NCBI GenBank assembly: GCA_002633005.1
Contig: NMRA01000014.1
Span: 159,716 to 223,715, forward strand
Direction of reading: 5' to 3'
DNA: 64,000 nt
From: Phoronis australis
Lineage: Eukaryota; Animalia; Phoronida
Every line of letters begins with the position of its first letter. Positions within the stretch are counted from its first letter, which is position 1. Below are positions 24,480-38,021 of the stretch, piece by piece. The notes below the pieces were generated by a model, which worked only from the letters and a program-made list of their open reading frames with translations, had not been told where the DNA came from and did not search any database. The position numbers and the translations under genes were made by a program.

Positions 24480-27400
24480 AAAAACGCTTTTATTTACATT
24501 ACATTTGTAGACTGAAACTTCTCATAAATTTCTGTTACCAGAAAAGAAATCGAAATCATATTTATTTCTTGACTGTACTATGTCTCTTTCATCAATAAAA
24601 CTAAACATTCATTGAACTTTCATTGGAAACTCATTGCAGAAACACGCTCACACACTCGTTATTTTCGAGAAATTCCACAGTCGCGAGGTGGAAGGAGCAG
24701 GGGCGCTGCACCCATAACGTAGTTCTTCTCTTGTATTGTATGAACACCGCTCATAGGCTTGGTAATCTCAATTCACGGACTCTAAACACAGCTCACTGAT
24801 ATGGCTTACGGGCCTGGGGGTTCGTGTAGTGAATTTGTTAGTCGTTGAACTGTTTTGGGGCGCGTAAGCCGTGTTTTGTTAGTTCGGCACCGTGTTTGAC
24901 GAACGGTGAAGCGTATTTGCGAGTCCGTGCAGAGGTTCTTGAGTCGGTAAACAGAGTTAATTGGTCGATGAGTCGTGATGTTAATTATCATGTCGCGTAC
25001 TGGTCTGCCATATGTTGGTGTGCTATTTCAGTTTGTGGCAGAAAATGATGAGGCCTGATTTTAAACTGTTAGTTTTCGACTATTTCGGGTGAAATCGGTG
25101 GACCATGACAGTCTTGGACTTGACTAGTCAGATAAAATATCTACCGTCTGGTTAACTCTGTGCCCCAAATTATTTTGGATAATTCAGAAACGGATCCCAT
25201 CCCATTTTTGAGAAATTTTGGATTTTTAACAACCACGCAAATAGGATTCTTGTACGTTTACCTTGCCCACTTGGCTGTTTACCCATGGCTTTACAGCTCC
25301 AGCAGAAAAAAATGAGCTGAAAACGGAAGGTGTTGATATTTGTAAACCCGCCACTCCGAGGATTAGTAAAAAAGAACGGGCTGGGCAAACGAACCTGAAT
25401 TTAGGCTAATTGTTAATTTTGAAAGATTGGCGACTTGTGTTAACATTGGTTGGTGCCAAACAACGGACAGGCGGGTTCATAAAAATGTATTGGCTGCACA
25501 AAATCAGGCACTCCAGAACTTATTAAGAGTAATGGTCATATTTTCATGTCATCAATTGCTTACGTTACGATAGAACACGGGTTTGGTTTAAGGTCTTGTA
25601 AGACCTATATCGACAAGTCTGTTTGTTTAGCCAAACATCTACAAAGTATAGATTTTAACTCTGTAACAATATACGTTGTTTCGAATTATAAAGCCTTGAT
25701 TTTCAACTTCATACGAATATCCCGTCAATTGGGTCTCGCGAGTGGCAATGCCTTTTCAATAAATTTTAGCAACAAGAAATTCATATAAAAATAAAACAAC
25801 GCTAACAATAGAATTGCCAAATTTGGTTTGATATAAATGTTTAAGATGGAATCCCAAAAAAACGCTATTAGAGTTTCTAAATCATGTCGTTTTCGTTTTA
25901 TGCAATTTTTTAAGTTTTGTTTTTCGGAAAAAATAAACAGTTCTATTTTTGATAACCTTTCATGCAAACGTGGAGCAATTTAACAGCAATTCCTAAAATC
26001 TTTTTGGAGAAAATTATGTGAAGTATAGTATATGATAGTTTCATATGAATCTGCATGGCCATTTATGAGATAAGATGTTTGGACATTTTTCTAGGGTCCT
26101 ACATTTATGTAACATTAATGTCTTTTGGCTCACCCAGTACCTGCCTTGACGTCACTTTGATATGGACCAATCGACGTACTCGTGTGTATCTGATAATTCT
26201 GCAGCTGACTGACGTCGCCACAGCTGTAGTGTTAACGAAGCAAACGTTGAAGCCTTATTCAGTTCCAAACAGATCGATAGTCGGTGACTAAAAGGTAGGT
26301 CATATATTTACGCAAAGTCGTGCATGTTCATACGTTTTTACGATTTTAAATGAATACGTGTTAGTTATACTGTAGGAAGGTGTTTTGCAACTTTGTACAT
26401 TAAGCGACGTTGGCCGTGCTACTGAAATCAGATGTGGCTGGACACAATTTGAAATATCATGTCTTGGAAAATTTCCATTGCATTTTTCACGTCCCTCCCT
26501 CTATGACAAATAATGTTTGATAAAACAATCAGTTTTGTAGACCAGCCAAACCCATCTTATCTCAGCGATGTTTCATTGTTAGTTTCTGGTCTTATCAGAG
26601 TTTGTGATAAGCCGCGTATTAGATCATTGTTTTACCTTTACCGTATCTGTATGCAAGACTGCTTTAATAATTAATCACATTGCGGTATTCATTGCATTAC
26701 TACAAACTAGGCGTTGCTGCACAATAGCTGCGGCAGAGGCACCAGTGTCCGGCGGTTGCATGAAACAGCCCCTAACATAAACTCGACTAATTAAAGTTCT
26801 CTAAATCTTATGCATTTGTATGTAAGTTTACTCACAAATCATTTATTTCCAGTCATTTATCTTTATTATGAGCTCCCATTTGGCCAACGACATTTTCTTA
26901 TTACATATCTAAAGACTGAATCCTTATTTCGGTGAAAATAAATAGGGACTTGGTCTTAATTTTAAATTAGGGGAAATTCCCCCATTTATTTTCAAGTAAT
27001 ATTAAGAACTGTACGAGGAGTTTACTTTCAGTGTGTTACAAAGCTAAAACTGACAAAGTGTTTAAGACAACACAGCTATAGAAAAGACAATCGATGTTAG
27101 CGCAAGTCCACAAAAGCGAGTTAAGAACGTATGTGCCCGAACTAGTTGGCACTGGACTCAGTCCATGTCGCCAGAACGCTGGCCCCAGGACAGTTTAGTA
27201 TTTTCTAAGTTCCACTGAGTATTTCAAAATCATTAGTTTTACGGTTTCACCGACAGATTTCACAGAGACGCACAGGTTCTTGTGATATGTCCCTCGTCAT
27301 TTGCCTTGCTGGCGTCTTTTTGTGCTTTTTCAATCGGCAGCACGTCATTACCTCTTACTTTATGTTTTCTGTCTCTCATTTGTTGTTATTTTCGGATGCG

Positions 27401-30369
27401 TAAGAAGATTGCTAGACCTTTTCATGATCGTGACAAGTAGGCCTCAGCGGTAGGCCTAACTTCACCTTAATTTCTACAGCGATGTCGCGTGGCATTCACG
27501 GCTGGTGACGTGTTCACTGACAGATTAAGGAATTTTTTAGTCTCTCAAACAAACGTCTAGAAGTTTTGTGGTGCTTTTATTTAGCTGAGGAACCATACAG
27601 TTTCCTGCTTTAGTCGTTTCTCTTGGTTGACGTTATTGATCAACGTTGGGCAATCCAGAAAATGCTGTGTTGTAAGTTGTCTCACTCATCCACGTGGTAT
27701 CTTATCGGCACAGAATTGATTGGTGGTGGATGCTTTTCTATTGCATTCTTCTTTTATGGAATCCCAACGCCTTGACTTCTGTTCATGTTTTCTGATTTAT
27801 GTTATCAGGTCAAACCGGCGTAGAAAATAGACCGCAATGTGACGCGAATTAAAGATCGGTTGTCTCGGACTGGATTTTGCCCCGAGTTCACATCGTGACA
27901 TCCTAAAAGATCTCACTGATCAACGCGACTTTCAGTTATCTCCAACACGGAAAAAATAAACGAATGTATTTCAAAGATAACAGTATGAATAATTTGAAGA
28001 CTGAGAGTAGTGTCATTTTGCCACTTATTAAGTGCTGGGTGAGATTTTAATCTTTCCCTCACTATGTTTGGTGTCTCAGGCAAGATAAATGTCACGGTCT
28101 CTAATTACTCGACATTAATTTCTCACTAGTTTTTCATCCGCCGCGTTAGTTATCACTTTTGCCCCTTTGGCGTATGCCATAAATTCGTTAAAGTAACCCT
28201 ATACTTTAAAATGAATAAACCACGTGGTCATACCTTAAAACGCATAGTTATTTAGATGTACAAAAGTGTTACGTGACTTTCGTGAAATTTTCTTTTCATA
28301 AACGATTGTGTGACTTGGCAAATTCTTTAGTCACTGAGAATATCAATAATATATGTCTTCATGGTTTAAAAATGGACAGCATAGAGTTACTTGATGAAAT
28401 GTGAAAGGAATTCACGCATGTTGACAATTACCTTGAAACTCTAAAGCATCTCAGCTTTAGTACAAAAATATGTTTCACCATTGACAAGGTTAGGCCCACT
28501 TGTGTTCCAATTAAAGAAGAAATTCTTCACTGATGTTTTTAAATTTCCTGTCACTATAATGGAAAGTAACGCCATTACAGACTGTAAACATCATCCCCAG
28601 AATTGAAAGCATAGCGGCTTAGTGCTTATGGCTGTACTGACATTTATGATGCTGGTTAATTATCGGCAACCATATGTTTGTACTGTCAGACAACCCTTAC
28701 ATGTTCATCTCATCGTCTGCACACCGCGTGAGCACACCTGCCGCGCTGATATCATCCCCAGCATAAGATATGTAGAGCTAAGTAGTAATATTTACACGGC
28801 TTGCTTGATACGCCATGATGCTGCCAGCCGCTAACGAGACTTCAATGCCTGTCGTTAGCAGTACGTGACGAAGATTATTTTCGACGTGACCTCAAACGAT
28901 TAAAAAGAATCATGATAATTAGACACAACCAATATTATGCGAATCTTTTACGTAATACGGCTGTACAAATTGTCTTATAGGCAAAAAGTTAATATGTTAC
29001 ATGTATTTTGAACGTTTTCATGGCGACCAAAACACGTTACGTTCTTAGTGTATGAAAGAATAAACGAAAGATGTATACATAGTGTGTCAAGGCAATTAAC
29101 CCATTCTCATTTGCAAAATATAAAATTAAAATTGAAAGCCTGTGAACGGTCATGTGCTTATCTTTGTTTTCCATATGTTGCCAGATATGTTACTGGATAT
29201 GCTCCCAAGGTCAAACAGCAATCGCTGTAGAAAAACAAAACTTGTGCACGGAAATCGAGTCAGCTTATTCATGGGTCTGCTGTCAGTTCCGTAAGTTCAC
29301 CGCAGTACAAAAATTAATGATCGTCAAAACCGACGTTTGGTTCATGCAGAAATTTCCTATACGAGCAAGAAAGGTGTACTTATGAGGTGTTTAAATATTC
29401 TGATCTTTTATTGTTTTCAAGTTGTTTATTGTATACGCTGTGTTGTCAACAGAAATGTACTCACTCGAGTGACCGTGCAATAAGGAACATTCTGATTTTC
29501 CAAATCTAGATGTACCCTATAGAAAAAGCGTTGACATTGCTCTCTGATGACGGACCATAATGAAAAGCCGATTAATTAGTTAGTCGTTTTTATTCTCTGT
29601 GGATTATGATTCAGACTACATTTATCGATTGGTTGCTTTCCGTTATACAATGCAGGGTTACGATCAATGTACCGTTGTTATGATCATAAAACTAGCATGC
29701 AACGTCGAAATCCCTTCAACAGGGCCGGCAATGACCAATGTATCAAGTCATTTATGTAGTATACAACTGTTTTGTTCGTATAATTGTATCGAGTTGTGAT
29801 ATCATCTCAAATAAACACGCTTGCTTAGATAGTCAATTGTAGCACTCTCTTGAACAAAAAGCGCCATACAGGGTGTTTCAAATGGCAAGTGCCATCACGT
29901 ATCGGCTGCCTTATGAGTTTTGCCTAAGTACTTGAGCGTGCAAACTTTCTAATTTTAAGGCCCGTTAACATTGACACACGTTTTGTTAAACAAACTCGAC
30001 CAAGCTCAAATTTGGTCAAGTTTGCAAACAAAAGTTTGCCAGTGTCGAGGGGTTGCCAACCAAGACCAAACTAGTTTGCTGGAGATAGCGAAGTTTGGTC
30101 ACGCACATTATTTCGAAAGCTGTTTGGTGAAGTTTGGTGAATAATAACCAACCAGCGAGCAGTGTAAAATCAGTGATTTTCAGTGTTCAAAATCGAAGTC
30201 TCCATACGGGAAGTTTGGCAGAGTTTGCTAGTGCGGAATGGTTGCCAAACTCATCAAAACATTACCAAACTTTGAATTTGGATACAAAAGTTTGGTAGTT
30301 TGCTGGTGTGGACGGTCTTTTATGTGTTAATTGGCTAATCCTTCGCTCTCTTTTAATTTCAGGATCAAC

Positions 30370-31125
30370 ATGGATATTCTTGATTTGGAAGAAATTGTAG
30401 AAAAATGGGCCTGGAAGATGTTCGAGGTGACTAAGTCGAAGGAGCAAGCGAAAATACCACGTGACGCATTGATGATGAACATAAACTGGAAACGAGTGAA
30501 GTTCTCTCACAGTGAACCGCAGTACAATGACCAGATTAAACCGGAGCAGCCCAAAGCACAAGTCCTCTTTAAAACTAATTTCACGAACAACACCGGCTTA
30601 GAGCAAGAATACAACTTTAAGACGGAGCGCATCACACGATCAATTTGCGAGGTCGAGGTCGAAAAGGGCGTGTCAATCGGCTACGAGCTTAACTGCAAGT
30701 TGCAAACGCCTTGTTCTGTTTTCGAAGCAAGTGCTGGGTTTAAGAAAGACATCGAGGTTCGCGACACTCGAGGAGAGACAATCGAGGAGGAACTTATTTG
30801 GTCCGTGGATAGTTTAATAAAGGTCCCAGCCAAACATAAAGCCTTGGCAGAACTGGTCATTAATGAGGATGAATTCCATGGAAAGTTTGTAATCAATAGC
30901 CGGTTCTATGGAAATGTACATGTTACTTTGACAAACTTAAAAGAAAATAATGTGCTGGTGAAGGCTATTGATGGAAACGTTGCGGAGATATTCAAGAAAG
31001 AAATAGAAAGTGGATTGAAAGGGTTTCGTATTGAGAAGAACGTGGTTTGTTTCGACACGACTGGACATTGTCATTTTAGGTTTGGAATTGAACAGCATGT
31101 TCATATCCACCAGGTGGCACTATAA
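30370..31125 (+). CDS. Aerolysin/ETX-MTX2-type beta-pore-forming protein, LIN-24-like (251 aa, single coding exon)
   Basis: VLFKTNFTNNT..EQEYNFKTERITRS, an alternating beta-hairpin segment and W...S.IKVPA...A.L.I.E are typical of ETX/MTX2/LIN-24-like pore modules. ATG in aacATGG follows a ttttaatttcAG acceptor (30361-30362). No signal peptide seen. Confidence 0.85.
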   Translation: MDILDLEEIVEKWAWKMFEVTKSKEQAKIPRDALMMNINWKRVKFSHSEPQYNDQIKPEQPKAQVLFKTNFTNNTGLEQEYNFKTERITRSICEVEVEKGVSIGYELNCKLQTPCSVFEASAGFKKDIEVRDTRGETIEEELIWSVDSLIKVPAKHKALAELVINEDEFHGKFVINSRFYGNVHVTLTNLKENNVLVKAIDGNVAEIFKKEIESGLKGFRIEKNVVCFDTTGHCHFRFGIEQHVHIHQVAL

Positions 31126-32079
31126 CGGAAAAGCAGCACACAAAAGACTCGCCGTGGTGCGGGATTGTGTAGATAGATAGATAGTAAATTATGGAACAAT
31201 AATTATCTATATAGAGCTTTTTGATTCGAAATCCTTGTGACAATAATCTAAAATCGATGGAGTGAAGACATCAGCAGATTGCTTTTGATAGTGGCAAACA
31301 AAATTCTTCTCACCCGTCATCCCCCGCTACGGACATGAGTACCGGCTGACACGAATGTGGGTTCAGTATGTGGGTACAGTATATTTCCATCACAAAGGAT
31401 ACTCTTATAGAATTTAAAAATAGCAAGAATGTGACAATACGTAAACTAATACTGGAAATTTTTAGAACCCCCCACCCCCAACAACATAAACCCGCCGTGG
31501 GAGCTCTTTCAGAAATGAGGACGGAAAAAGCCCAGATGGGGGAACCCTTTCGGGCTCGTTTCGTATTTCTGGCACGGGAAGAAGACATGAAAAATGTGGC
31601 AGGAGTGTTTTTCCGCAATTTTTGTCCTTAAAAGGAAGTTTCAAATATTTTAAGTTCATTGATGATTTGCCAAAGAAGGCGGTGCTGGACTATTCTATAT
31701 AAATCAAATTGGAGACAAAGTGAAACCTGGATGGTATTTTAAGTCCATGACTGGTGTTTTTTCGAGTCTCCGTGATATTACAGGTAACCGATCCACCTTT
31801 AAACCAAAACCCCGAAAGCACGAGGCTATGTTCTGCTAGCAAATGACCAACTACTTTTAATTACCTCTGACATTTACCGCAAATCGATCAAAAATGTTTT
31901 ATCTTAATTCGGGGATACTTGTCCATATTTTTCGAAAAAGCCTATTGTGGACTTTTTGAACGCAAATTTACTTCGCGAAAATGAATGTTTCCTAGGGAGC
32001 TGTTTCGGAAATGCGCGATCCAAGTCAGTGTGGAAACAGGATAACGTTATGCTTAGCAGTTGATTCAAAGAGTATATCA

Positions 32080-32195
32080 TTCAGAAGGTCCTGGGTTCGA
32101 GTCGCGGTCGGACTGATATTCATTAGGTCACGTGATGTGGCCAACAGATAGGCGTGCAGGCACGACTTAAATGTTTGCAACATATTTCCCACGCC
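32080..32195 (+). mobile_element. tRNA-derived SINE-like repeat
   Basis: Pol III B-box GGTTCGAGTC at 32093-32102; body shared with the ~15035-15160 copy. Confidence 0.55.
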
Positions 32196-33433
32196 ATATT
32201 GAGATTGACATATTAATATATACCATTCTGGTTCTTGGGTGAAACCTTTATGTAGTGAAGTGAAAATAAACAAACGAAGTGTAGAAGTGTAGTTTTGAGA
32301 AACCTTTATAGACATTGCGTTTCAAAATATATATATATGTAATGAAATTCACAGCAGCCATCTGCGTCTTTCCACATCTGAAACAAGTAAATAAAAGAAT
32401 TTATAGCCAACTTAAAGTTCTGAATATATCTAGCACTACCACGAATCTTTTTAAAACGTTTTATTTTTCGGGCGCTTGTCGCTCACGAATCATACTGCGT
32501 CTTCTTCTGGGGCACTTAAGGTTGTTTCAAAGACTGTCAAAAATGAAGTTGAAGTTGAAAGTTTGTTGCTTTCAGTTCTACAAAAAGAGCATTATCAGGC
32601 GACGTAAATGCTGGTTGCACTTAAAAACTAACACTTCTGGCCACAGCAGCCTTCAGAAATTAACAGCCAGGGTTTTTACAAAAAATCCTGTCTTTATTGG
32701 AGGTGACAAATAAAACTCGACTTTAACTGCGACTAAGTTTAGTTGGGCAATTTCGAGTTAGTATGGGTTATCGTGAACATGGATTGAGTTTTAAAACGTC
32801 AATCATTAATATCTTTATAATAAAACAGGCAACAAGCATTTTAAAGTGGCAATAAACCGGAGTTCCGTCAAAGAAACTAGATCTTGATTTAGACCACTTA
32901 CCGCTACTGATAAAATTGATCTTAACTTGTTCCTTGCTCAGATGAAAGTGGTTATTGATCTTGCATAAAACTGACAATTCAATATTACTCGAGACCATGC
33001 TCGGCGAATAAAGTGACCCGCCGTGACAAGTCGACTTGTAGAGCCTCGGTCTCAAGCGCCAACGAAATGTCGCTTCTCTCCAATCCCAAAAAATCCACCC
33101 ATTTTGACTGAGGAAGTTTTTGACACCAATGTCATATCCGCAAGTAATATAAATCAATTCGAAATTGTCGCTTGTGATGGGAAGTAGCTTTGCAGCCGCT
33201 TTAGCCCAAAATTCGTGAGTAATTAAGCTAGTTAGGAAAACAAGGGAAGTCGATTATGTATCATCCAAATCAGTACACTGCAAGTAATTCTGAGGCGATA
33301 CATAGCCTTTTTTAAAAGACATCTTAAACGCATCTTAAAAGATACGTTCAGACATGGTTCGGTGCCATTTGAATTCAAGCATCTTTCTCACAAAATACGT
33401 CACTGGCATAACAGTTGAAACAAACCTCTGTAT

Positions 33434-33503
33434 TTAGAAACAGAATCCCTTGGAAACGATTCTCAGTTCTGGTCGTTGACATTTTGCTTTCTGGAAGTAA
33501 CAC
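33434..33503 (-). CDS. Secreted multi-Kazal proteoglycan-like protein, exon 8 (CYFQKAKCQRPELRIVSKGFCF*)
   Basis: ttttgtAG acceptor, phase 2; typical Kazal C-terminal half; TAA stop. Confidence 0.88.
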
Positions 33504-34426
33504 CTACAAAATGGGCAAAATGAATTAGTTGTAGAAAGAACGCTGCCAAGGTTTTATGCACGGCTATTAAAAGATGGTTTATTTATAAGCTCGACGTGTA
33601 TTGAACACATCTTGATTGTTATGGCAATGATAAAACCGACATAGATGCTAATTTAAAACCAAATAATATAACCTGTAGAATGAGGGAGCATTACTGCCTC
33701 AGACAACTTCGTTCCTTAGCCGGTGGGAGTAGAATTAAAATGTACATAATGCTTTGGCGGAAGTGAAACGTGAGCACGGGGTTAATTTCTGAATGATATT
33801 CGAAATCGAACGTCAAGTAATTATTTTTGACATGGTCCATTCTTTTTTAATACATGTACGAACTAGAGGTAGGTATTTAGTTGTGCTCAAGTGTATTATG
33901 GTTTACAGTACGCAGATGGATGTCTAGTCCAATTTCTCACCTGATCCCCGCTTTAATTCCATTAGTTTAAAAACTCGAGTGAAAACTTGATCTAGCTTTA
34001 ATGCTGGGTTATCAAGTTTAAACTAGACAGTGATTCAGGTATACTATAATATATTCGAACACAGAATAATACACACCTTGAGTGGCGTACTAAAGAAGAA
34101 CAGAAAATGTAAAAAATAATTACGAGTTCGATTAAGTACATGTACTAAGATCAGATCCAGGGGGGCTTTGATGATGTATTCTGGGAAATCTTTTCGCTGT
34201 GGCTAATGTTTTCCCAGTGGAAATGACCTCGATGTTTTGGGTCACGAACGAGCAAATGACCGCCACTGGTTGATAGTGGCTACACGACAAGGGTTACAAA
34301 GTAAATGTTCACGATTTCAGATACATAAGCCACCCGCGGCCGCAATAGTGACTAACGTTACTGAGTGTGTCCATGAAGATTTGACTCAGTGCTCCACGTT
34401 TGCTTAATGACTAGCAGAGTACGTAC

Positions 34427-34639
34427 TGGTTCCTATATGTTGCTCTGTCGCTTCCACAAACGTAGTCCATTCGCCACGAACATCTTTGGCCTTTCAACTT
34501 CATACACATCTGTTTGAATTTCATATCGTCGTCACCGTCGCCGCTACCATCACCGTCACCGCTACCATCACCTGAGCCTTCCGTGCACTTTCCGACGACT
34601 AAACTTTTGTCGGCACAGCGAGCTTTCTCAAAGTCACAC
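34427..34639 (-). CDS. Multi-Kazal protein, exon 7 (CDFEKARCADK...EGSGDGSGDGDGSGDGDDD...YVCGSDRATYRNQ)
   Basis: ttctctctcAG acceptor, GTACGT donor, 213 nt, phase 2-2; contains the VCGSDxxTYxN Kazal motif. Confidence 0.92.
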
Positions 34640-35952
34640 CTGAGAGAGAAATCAGAGAGTTAAGGTATAGTGAAGGGCCAGGTACACAGACTTTCATTCT
34701 GCACACACCTCGTCCAAACAGATGGTCTCATACGACTTAAGAATTGTGTTTGTAATAAAAAGCCAATATAAAGGTCGAACGAGCCCCCCATTTGGCGAAA
34801 TGGGCAAAAAGGTCCGCCTCAGTCAGAGACACAAAAATTCCGAAGAAGTAGAGAACAAGACAAAAGTCAACTAAATATGGAGGAACTACCAAAATTCGGC
34901 GAATGCATAATTCATAGCTCTGAACGTACCCAGTGAATGTTAGTAAAAGGTCCACATCTCAAAAACTCGAAAAATTAGGCCAACTCTCGAATGTTTTGGG
35001 TATGATGGTGACCAAGTCTAAAGGAAAACGCAAGCGCTTTGTTACATACTTTGTGAAGTAATCAAGCTAACATGAATGCGTTACGTAGGCGAAAAGAACT
35101 TGAGAAAAACCTTGACCACGCAAAATCTCGCGCGTTTCGCTAGTATGTTCGGGAGCTTGCTTCGCTCGTACCAGTGGCAGACTCGGATGTATAATTTCGC
35201 GCTGTTACTGTAAAGGCATGTCTACTTATGGCACATAATTTACGTTTTTATTGTTATGAGTAGTTGCGGAGGTAGGGACCTCTAATATTGTTAAAACGGC
35301 CCTGGTCGCCCATTCATATTTTGTCTTCTGTATAAGCACGTATTCGGGCGCTTATACCCGAAGTTTCGCCTATATCCGGAATGAGGCGCATGCTTGAAAG
35401 TGATGGCCCCGTTATAGGTGATGACCATTTTTGCTGAATGTTGTGAAGAAGTTTGCAAACAGTATACAGTGTAGACTCGCATGCACTTAGGCGTACTGCA
35501 TGGCACTTAATCTCGAATAATTTTGTTTTTCTGTTGAAAGCTGTTGACGAGGGGGAGGGTAGGGGGAAGGGGGAAAGACGGAGGGAGAGGGTGCGAGGAA
35601 TGAGGTGCAGAGGAGNACAAACATAGGGGTACTTGAAAGTCATCCAATACACCAATAAGCCTAAATTACAAGGCAGTCACATATCTTAATTTTGTCTAGA
35701 AGGGGACAAATATGGGGTTGTAAAAGTGGCCGAGGAGAGTGGGTCGGACTGTCAAGGCATTTCTCTGAATCCGCGCCTGCAAGAGAGCAAGGAGGATTGT
35801 ATCTTATTGTTTTTAGCTCTGGTGTTCATGATGTTCTGTTCGAAGTATGATCGAACCAAGTGGCTGTTGTGCTGTTCCAACTCCACTACATGGGTTTTTA
35901 AATAGGTCGTATGAAACAAAAATGGGACACAATTTATACGAGACCGTGAACC

Positions 35953-36192
35953 CATGCGCGCACCCAGCCTAAAAATAGGGGGGTTTGAATTTTTTGGTAT
36001 GCGGACATTTTACTGAAAAAAAATCAACGAGGACTAAAAACACGGGGCATCCGCGCCGGATTCCTGTGGACTTTGTGGACTTTCGTTTGCTCGGACTTTT
36101 TGTTTCATTGAGGCGGACCTTTTTGCCCAATTCGCCAAATTGGGGGGGCTCGTTCGAGCTCCCCGGGCCCCCCCCCCCCGCGTGCGCCCATG
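35953..36192. mobile_element. MITE, termini CATGCGCGCAC...GTGCGCCCATG, 5-bp TSD GAACC
   Basis: gaacc at 35948-35952 and 36193-36197. Confidence 0.8.
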
Positions 36193-36270
36193 GAACCTAT
36201 GACCTCTGCATGGTGACATGCACGTTTGCGCTCGCGTATAAAGTGTACCCGAAACTCTCTATGTACGTAC

Positions 36271-36376
36271 TTGTTCATGTACGACTTGTTGTTTTGGTCA
36301 CAAACTTTGGCCTTTCCGAAAATACCACAGGTCAACCATCTCAAAGTAGAACACTTTATCCGGTTGGCTGGCGAAC
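36271..36376 (-). CDS. Multi-Kazal protein, exon 6 (GSPANRIKCSTLRWLTCGIFGKAKVCDQNNKSYMNK)
   Basis: aacAG acceptor, GTACGT donor; phase 1 to 2 bridges exons 5 and 7 exactly. Confidence 0.88.
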
Positions 36377-37243
36377 CTGTTCATAGATATAACAGAATTC
36401 AGTCGTAGATATTGAAAATGAGTATCATATCAACAACAATCACAATTGCTACAGTCTCGAAAACGCAAGATCGCTTAAGTCTTCTCGAGATATCGCCTTG
36501 CATGGCACAGCATCCATTCAATCGGCACTGCTTAGAATGTTTCCGTAGATGAGGAAATTTTTCCTATGTCTTACAATTGGGAGCTACGAAGCTAGTTTAT
36601 GCAAACCACAGCATTAGATTTAGGCGTAAGGGTTTTTTTTTTCATTTTTAAGGTTATATAGGAACCTTGTACCTCTGAACGTCATATCTCAGAAACAGCT
36701 GATCATTCCGATACTACGCTTTATACATTGCTCCCCAAAAAGGCTATTAGTGTTTGTTTATGTAATTTCCTAGTTTTGCATGAAGAATTATCCAAAAATA
36801 AGACTTTTATGATTTTCATCATGAAAAAACAAAAGTAGTATAAAACGAAAACGAAATAACTTAGAAAATAATAATACCTAAACGTTTTTGAGATATCGTC
36901 ATGTACATTTAATATGTCAAATGAAATTTAGTTATGTTGTTGATAGCGCTGTTTTCCTATCAGTGGACTATAATTGCTCACTACTGCTAAAAAGATATCG
37001 TCACGTGACTCAATTAATTCCAGATTGGCTTTCTGCTTTCAGAAACTCCACACTTTTACAGAGTTAAAATCCATAATTTTGTGGATATTTGGCTAAGTAC
37101 GTGTACATGTCGGTAAGGTCATACATAACCTCAAACAATTAAAAGAATTGAACGTAGGCCCCTGCGTTTTTGTGTTTGTCTGAAAAAGCTACGACATCCA
37201 CTGAGAAGCATAAAAGAAATTAGCATATAAAATAATTATTTAC

Positions 37244-37398
37244 CCTTGGCATCATCATACAAAAAATCATCATCGTCGTCATGATCATCATCATAATCGT
37301 CGTTATCGCCTATGTCCTTGTCACCAGAACCCTCAGGCTTGCGACATTTTCCTTCCTTCAAGTCGTCGTCTGCGCACTTGGCCTTTTGGAACTCACAC
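37244..37398 (-). CDS. Multi-Kazal protein, exon 5 (CEFQKAKCADDDLKEGKCRKPEGSGDKDIGDNDDYDDDHDDDDDFLYDDAK)
   Basis: aacAG acceptor, GTAAAT donor, phase 2 to 1. Confidence 0.88.
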
Positions 37399-38021
37399 CT
37401 GTTGTTCGAATACGGACAAGATTGGTAAATGTTTTATTGTTTAATGATAACCTAGAGGGGAAAATCAAGAGAGAGAGAGTACTCGAGTCGTGAATGAACT
37501 GGAGTGAAATCTGTACTGAATGCAAACTATATTAAACAAAACAAACGTCTTAAAAGGAACCAAGAATCATCCGAGCCTAAATACGGAGATGTTGATGGTG
37601 TAACGAGATAGAAACTAGTGACACGTGTGAATTACAATAACGCCTAGCATGCTCAAGAAATCATAGCCTTTAAACTGAAAAAGCGTTACGTCTACTGTAT
37701 AAAATGTGTTGATTTTGAATCCGATAGATGGTGCTTCAGTCTAAATGCTTACCAAACGTGACACCAGGGCTGCATTTAGGGACCATGAGAACTTCAACAT
37801 CGAATAAGCAATAAGTAAGTATACACATACACATATAGATATCGTTTTATTTCACAATGCACTTAAATTCATTTGTGTGCTATTCCAAATAGGCTTCATG
37901 AGAAATTAGTCACGACCTGAAAACGAGTTCTCCAAGCGTTACGTCTACATCCGTAAACATTTACAACCGACATTCCCACGACAACGCTGTATCGACGGTA
38001 TTCACGCCGCAGCCTACTTAC

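Noticed and set aside
32080-32115. tRNA gene
   Set aside because: Only a B-box is present, no cloverleaf; it continues into a repeated SINE-like body.
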